A stretch of DNA of 64,000 nt from Candidatus Bathyarchaeota archaeon (GTDB lineage Archaea; Thermoproteota; Bathyarchaeia; TCS64), in contig JADHWN010000006.1 of the NCBI GenBank assembly GCA_016783455.1, forward strand, positions 6,142 to 70,141, in the 5' to 3' direction. The notes below the pieces were generated by a model, which saw nothing but the letters and a program-made list of their open reading frames with translations, had not been told where the DNA came from and did not search any database. The translations under genes were made by a program, and so were the position numbers. Below are positions 61,558 through 64,000 of the stretch, piece after piece (position 1 is the stretch's first letter; each line of letters begins with the position of its first letter).

Positions 61558-61709
61558 ATTACTCATTATAATTGTGTTGTTAGAATATATTTATTGTTTA
61601 AGAAAAGCGCCCGTATCACCATCTTTACAGTATTAACTGCATTTATCCTATGTGCCAGCTGGAAGTAACCTTAATTACGGCGACTTGGGTGTGGATTTAT
61701 GGGATTCCT

Positions 61710-61937
61710 ATGCCGAAAGCATTCGTTTTAATTAATGTCGAGCTTGATGGCGGAAGAGAGGTCATCGATGGCCTTGAGGCGATAGAGGAGGTGAAGGAGG
61801 CCTACCCCCTCTACGGCGTCTACGATATCATAGCCAGCGTCGAGGCGGCGACCGAGCAGGAGCTCAAGGACATCATCGGGCAGAAGATCCGGAGCTTGGA
61901 CAAGGTCCGCTCCACCATGACAATGATCGCCATGTGA
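61710..61937 (+). CDS. Stand-alone Lrp/AsnC ligand-binding (RAM) domain protein, second copy
   Basis: MPKAFVLINVELDGGREVIDGLEAIEEVKEAYPLYGVYDIIASVE..IGQKIRSLDKVRSTMTMIAM. Start placed at the internal ATG 61710. Confidence 0.75.
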   Translation: MPKAFVLINVELDGGREVIDGLEAIEEVKEAYPLYGVYDIIASVEAATEQELKDIIGQKIRSLDKVRSTMTMIAM

Positions 61938-61973
61938 CAGCCAAGGGCCCAATCATAACTATACACGTTTTTA

Positions 61974-62945
61974 CTAGATCCTGCCCTTGATATCCGCCAT
62001 CGAGGCTGCCATGCCCCGGAGCTCCTCGGTCACGGTTGATAGGTAGACTATCCTCTTCTCGAGCCGTCCCCTCATCTCGACGATCTGATGGCGGACCTTG
62101 GGGAAGACGTCGTTGATTACATCGACGAGCAGGTCCCTGTTCTCGGGGTCATTGAGCTCAACGGCGTCCATCTCGCCGTCCAGATACAGTATCAGCAGCT
62201 CACCGCTCGAGCTCACGCTCAGCCGATCGACATCGCTGGCCTCCCCGGGAAGGAGCTCTGGGTTCACCGGGAGCCCCCCTGGGATGCTCGACATCACCTC
62301 GAGGAACGCCTCCAATAGGGCCTCGACGATCCTGTCCTCCTCTTCCCTCAGCTCGTTGACCTGTATCGTGTCGTCCCTCAGCTTCCTCAGTGCCTCAAGG
62401 ATGACGGCGGGAGGATCGCTGATCACGGGCTCCCGTGGCGGTACGTTCTCCTCTCTCTCAGCCGGTTTCTCCTCGATTACAGGGACCTCAATTGGAGCTG
62501 GAGGTAGTTCCTCGGTCTTGTCCTCGATTACTGGTGTCTCTTCGACCTCAAGAGCCTCAGGTGGAGGAGGCAGATCCTCAGCCTTCTCCTCCTCGATAAC
62601 AGGCTCCTCTTCTGGGGCAGGATCTGCCTGCTCTTCTACCAACTCGTAGATCTCCACATCGGCCTTGGGAACCGTGTGGTTGAACACCTCATCCCTGTAA
62701 TAGGCGCTGAATCTCTTCTCGCACTCAACACAGCTGTAGCCCCTGCCCTCGAAGACCCCGAAGGCGAAGGACCTGCCATTGGGTTCCGTGCGGGCTCCGC
62801 AGCGGGGGCACGTGAGGCCTTTCACCCACTCTTCCCTCGGCTGAACCTTGTCAAGCCTCGAAGTCTTCAACCTATCGAAGAGTCCTCTCCCGAATGCCTG
62901 CAAGGCCGTACCCCTTATGAGATATTGCTGAAACTGACCTGACAA
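61974..62945 (-). CDS. Zinc-ribbon protein with acidic Pro-rich repeat linker and an unknown C-terminal domain
   Basis: CPRCG..x23..CVECE ribbon. Three repeats containing PVIE[ED][EK] followed by LPP/VPP. C-terminal ~150 aa of alpha/beta character with no family recognised. Confidence 0.55.
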   Translation of the reverse strand: MSGQFQQYLIRGTALQAFGRGLFDRLKTSRLDKVQPREEWVKGLTCPRCGARTEPNGRSFAFGVFEGRGYSCVECEKRFSAYYRDEVFNHTVPKADVEIYELVEEQADPAPEEEPVIEEEKAEDLPPPPEALEVEETPVIEDKTEELPPAPIEVPVIEEKPAEREENVPPREPVISDPPAVILEALRKLRDDTIQVNELREEEDRIVEALLEAFLEVMSSIPGGLPVNPELLPGEASDVDRLSVSSSGELLILYLDGEMDAVELNDPENRDLLVDVINDVFPKVRHQIVEMRGRLEKRIVYLSTVTEELRGMAASMADIKGRI

Positions 62946-63076
62946 TAAGAATTTGTATGTAGCCCCCCCACATACCCATATGCCCGGAAACCCTTATCCT
63001 AAGCCAGCCGCATACGCCGACCACCCCAGCACAATTCATAAGGGAAGAACCCCCAAAGACTTCAACCAGTGATAGG

Positions 63077-63970
63077 ATGATAGTCACCGTCGGCTCCATC
63101 TGCCTCGACACCACCAGGACCCCCTTCAAGACAGCCGAGGAGGTCCTCGGAGGCTCAGGATGCTACTTCAGCCTAGCATCCAGCCTCTTCACCGAGACCG
63201 GCCTCATCGGCGTCATAGGCACCGACTTCCCCGAGACCTATCGGAGCACGCTCGAACAGCGCCTCGACCTCAGAGGCCTGGAGGTCAAGGAGGGCAGGAC
63301 ATTCAGATTCGACTCCAGCTTCGGATACGACCTAGGGGTCAGGACCGCCAACAAGACGGAGCTCAACGTATTCGGGGACTGGGACCCCGTCGTCCCCGAC
63401 GAGTACAGGGATGCCGAGTACCTCTACCTCGGCAACGTCGGCCCGGAGCAGCAGCTCCATGTACTCGACCAGATGAAGGAACCCAAGCTAACCGTGGCCG
63501 ACACCATAGAGTACTGGATCGTCAACCAGAAGGACAGCCTCATAGAGGTCCTCTCCCGGGTCAACGGGGCAGTCCTCAACGACGAGGAGGTAAGACATCT
63601 CTGCGACACCACCAACATCATCACAGGAGCCAGGAAGATAATGGACTGGGGCACCGACTTCGTCATCGTCAAGAAGGGCGAACACGGAGCCACCCTCTTC
63701 ACCAAGGACACCATATTCCCCACATGCAGCTTCCCCCTTGAGGAGATCTCCGACCCCACGGGGGCGGGAGACTCATTCGCAGGAGGCTTCATGGGGCACA
63801 TAGCCAGAAGAGGAGACTCCAGCAATCAGACGTACAGGGAAGCTGTGATCTACGGCAACATCATGGGATCCTACGTCGTCGAGAGATTCAGCGTGGAGAG
63901 ACTCCTCTCCCTAACCATACACGACATAGAGGGAAGATACAGGATATATCGGGAGATGGTGCAGTTCTGA
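63077..63970 (+). CDS. PfkB family carbohydrate/nucleoside kinase
   Basis: GGSGCYFS N-terminal motif and DPTGAGDSFAGGF C-terminal PfkB signature. Confidence 0.85.
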   Translation: MIVTVGSICLDTTRTPFKTAEEVLGGSGCYFSLASSLFTETGLIGVIGTDFPETYRSTLEQRLDLRGLEVKEGRTFRFDSSFGYDLGVRTANKTELNVFGDWDPVVPDEYRDAEYLYLGNVGPEQQLHVLDQMKEPKLTVADTIEYWIVNQKDSLIEVLSRVNGAVLNDEEVRHLCDTTNIITGARKIMDWGTDFVIVKKGEHGATLFTKDTIFPTCSFPLEEISDPTGAGDSFAGGFMGHIARRGDSSNQTYREAVIYGNIMGSYVVERFSVERLLSLTIHDIEGRYRIYREMVQF

Positions 63971-64000
63971 CGAGCCCACCCGCAGTGAATGGAGGTCACC

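Noticed and set aside
1-64000. Search for CRISPR arrays, tRNA/rRNA genes, transposases, integrases and terminal inverted repeats of mobile elements
   Set aside because: I found no regularly spaced direct repeats, no GGTTCGAATCC/GTTCAAATC-type T-arm sequences outside coding regions, no rRNA-like segments and no DDE, tyrosine or serine recombinase-like ORFs. Absence is by eye only and should be confirmed with tRNAscan/Infernal and HMM scans.

Overview
Dense, visibly GC-rich (about 60% by eye) archaeal chromosomal segment. The gene set is euryarchaeal. Thermoplasmata or Methanomassiliicoccales-like is only a guess, based on the wHTH family, PGF-pre-PGF surface protein, GatDE, TiaS, Elp3 and a bacterial-type Adk. 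I support about 80 protein genes, including three short ones absent from the ORF track: eS30, an AbrB-like protein and a 38-aa hydrophobic peptide. There is also one edge-truncated surface-protein gene the track could not report. Recognisable core genes are radA, proteasome alpha, an M32 carboxypeptidase, tiaS, nnr, adk, pyrB, pyrK-pyrD, nurA-herA, gatD-gatE, elp3, nop5, fibrillarin, two Alba genes, RNase HII, ogt, maf, inositol-3-phosphate synthase, a GPN-loop GTPase and rimI. I found no rRNA, tRNA, CRISPR array, transposase or integrase. Most long antisense ORFs in the track are GC-rich shadow frames. The most interesting locus is 22.4-27.5 kb. A NurA-HerA pair, detached from mre11/rad50, shares a divergent AT-rich control region carrying two AAAC-N-GTTT palindromes with an operon of five consecutive small paralogous winged-helix genes. 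That operon abuts a convergent, ATGA-coupled pair of larger paralogs with a novel N-domain plus wHTH. Other candidates are a coupled tandem pair of 291-aa DUF4438-like proteins next to psmA, an Alba-(PE repeat)-HhH2 fusion, a 4xCBS protein with an HPF/RaiA-like C-terminal domain, and nop5-fibrillarin split by Alba plus a Cys/His-rich small ORF. Further candidates are a duplicated Ntn-hydrolase gene-plus-promoter unit coupled to an unknown 142-aa ORF, a frameshifted member of a 4-copy wHTH family, and an AT-rich island with an orphan LivM-like permease. All family assignments come from reading motifs by eye and need HMM or structure confirmation.
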